Assembly (NCBI GenBank): GCA_963732525.1
Contig: CAVSZX010000029.1
Location: forward strand, 3,458-67,457
DNA from: an uncultured Alphaproteobacteria bacterium
Lineage (GTDB): Bacteria; Pseudomonadota; Alphaproteobacteria; Rhizobiales; Hyphomicrobiaceae
Length of the DNA: 64,000 nucleotides
Reading direction: 5' to 3'
Every line of letters starts with the position of its first letter. Within the stretch, counting starts at the first letter, position 1. Under the pieces are notes generated by a model, which was given only the letters and a program-made list of their open reading frames with translations, had not been told where the DNA came from and ran no database searches. Below, in pieces: positions 63,141-64,000 of this stretch. The translations under genes and the position numbers were made by a program.

Positions 63141-64000
63141 GTGCGGCAGTCCACAGCGCCGGTGGCGGCGGCAAGGGTGCGGCGCGGGCGCTCGATCCTG
63201 CTCGAGATCGTCGAGGGTCATGAAAGTGCGCATGGCGAGATTGGCGTCGGTGTTGGGGTAGTCGCCGCGATAATGCCCGCCGCGGCTTTCCTTGCGCTTC
63301 AAGGCCGCGGCGGCAATGAAACGGGCGGCCAGGATCATGTTGGCGAGAACGCGATCGTCGCGCGCCGCCTCCGCGATGTCGCAGCAATTCGTTGAGAGCG
63401 CGGCGCAGGCTGCGGGCATTGCGCACGACGCCGGCATCGCGTGTCATGATGCTGCGCAGACGCTGGACGGCTGCCGCGCGCTGCTTCGGGCTGACGGGAC
63501 GGGGGCCGGGAATTTTCTTCGGCGTCACGAAGTGTCCGGCGACGTTGCCCGGAACGACGCTCGTCACGTCCTCGGCGACGCGGGCGCCGAAGACGACGGC
63601 TTCGAGCAACGAATTCGAGGCGAGGCGGTTGGCGCCGTGCAGACCGGTGGAGGCGACTTCGCCGACAGCCCAAAGTCCCGGAACGGAGGTGCGCCCGCGT
63701 GCGTCGGTAGCGATACCGCCCATGTGATAATGCTCGGCGGGGGCGACGGGGATCAGGTCAATCGCCGGATCGATACCGGCCCGGCGGCAGTGCTCGGCGA
63801 CGGTCGGAAAGGCGGCGTCGAAGCGGGCGCCGATGGCAGAACGGCAGTCGAGGAAGGCACCGCGCCCGGCGCCGATTTCGGCAAAGACGCCGCGGGCGAC
63901 GACATCGCGGGAGGCAAGCTCGCCTCTCGGATCAATTTTCAACATGAAGCGTTCGCCGGCGCGGTTCAAAAGCGTTGCGCCTTCCCCGCGCAAGGCTTCG
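63137..64000 (-). CDS. nadB: L-aspartate oxidase, 3' part (5' end outside window; apparent frameshift near 63385; stop approximate)
   Basis: ELASRDVVAR, PAEHYHMGG, TGLHGANRLASNSLLE, RKESRGGHYR.DYP; upstream of nadC. Confidence 0.93.

Noticed and set aside
2156-63400. Mass pseudogenisation or programmed frameshifting (der, rlmJ, chpT, cysQ, rluD, rpoH, ppdK, nadC and others split across frames)
   Set aside because: Breaks hit normally essential genes, are scattered single-base shifts without other decay, and show no common slippery motif; most consistent with long-read consensus errors. Short-read polishing would settle it.

Overview
High-GC alphaproteobacterial chromosomal window, probably Hyphomicrobiaceae/Hyphomicrobium-like (inferred from gene content and order). 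The backbone is housekeeping: bamB-like, der, holC, rlmJ, csp, fetAB-like, chpT, cysQ, eipA, tRNA-Glu(CTC), rluD, rpoH, amiC, moaDE, pgsA, uvrC, RNase T2, M20 peptidase, ppdK, nadC and nadB. About 20 genes, including normally essential ones, are split by single-base frameshifts. These are best read as long-read assembly indels, so the genes are annotated as single CDSs with approximate junctions. Most notable: (1) an intact IS110 bridge-recombinase element (40409-41549) whose ends, CC core, circle-junction promoter and all four bridge-RNA guide segments can be read from the sequence; it sits in a GTCATCCCG REP-like end of a large, highly structured element. (2) A 3.5-kb islet bounded by a 17-bp direct repeat at the 3' end of an amidohydrolase gene, carrying a TIR + catalytically degenerate nSTAND1 + TM + coiled-coil gene. 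(3) A palindromic repeat inserted in-frame inside uvrC. (4) An IS630-type MITE upstream of der. (5) Tandem secreted glucosaminidases sharing an unnamed 2-Cys C-terminal domain. (6) A heavy-metal RND cassette with no outer-membrane factor gene beside tRNA-Glu. All family calls come from motif recognition by eye; no database searches were run.
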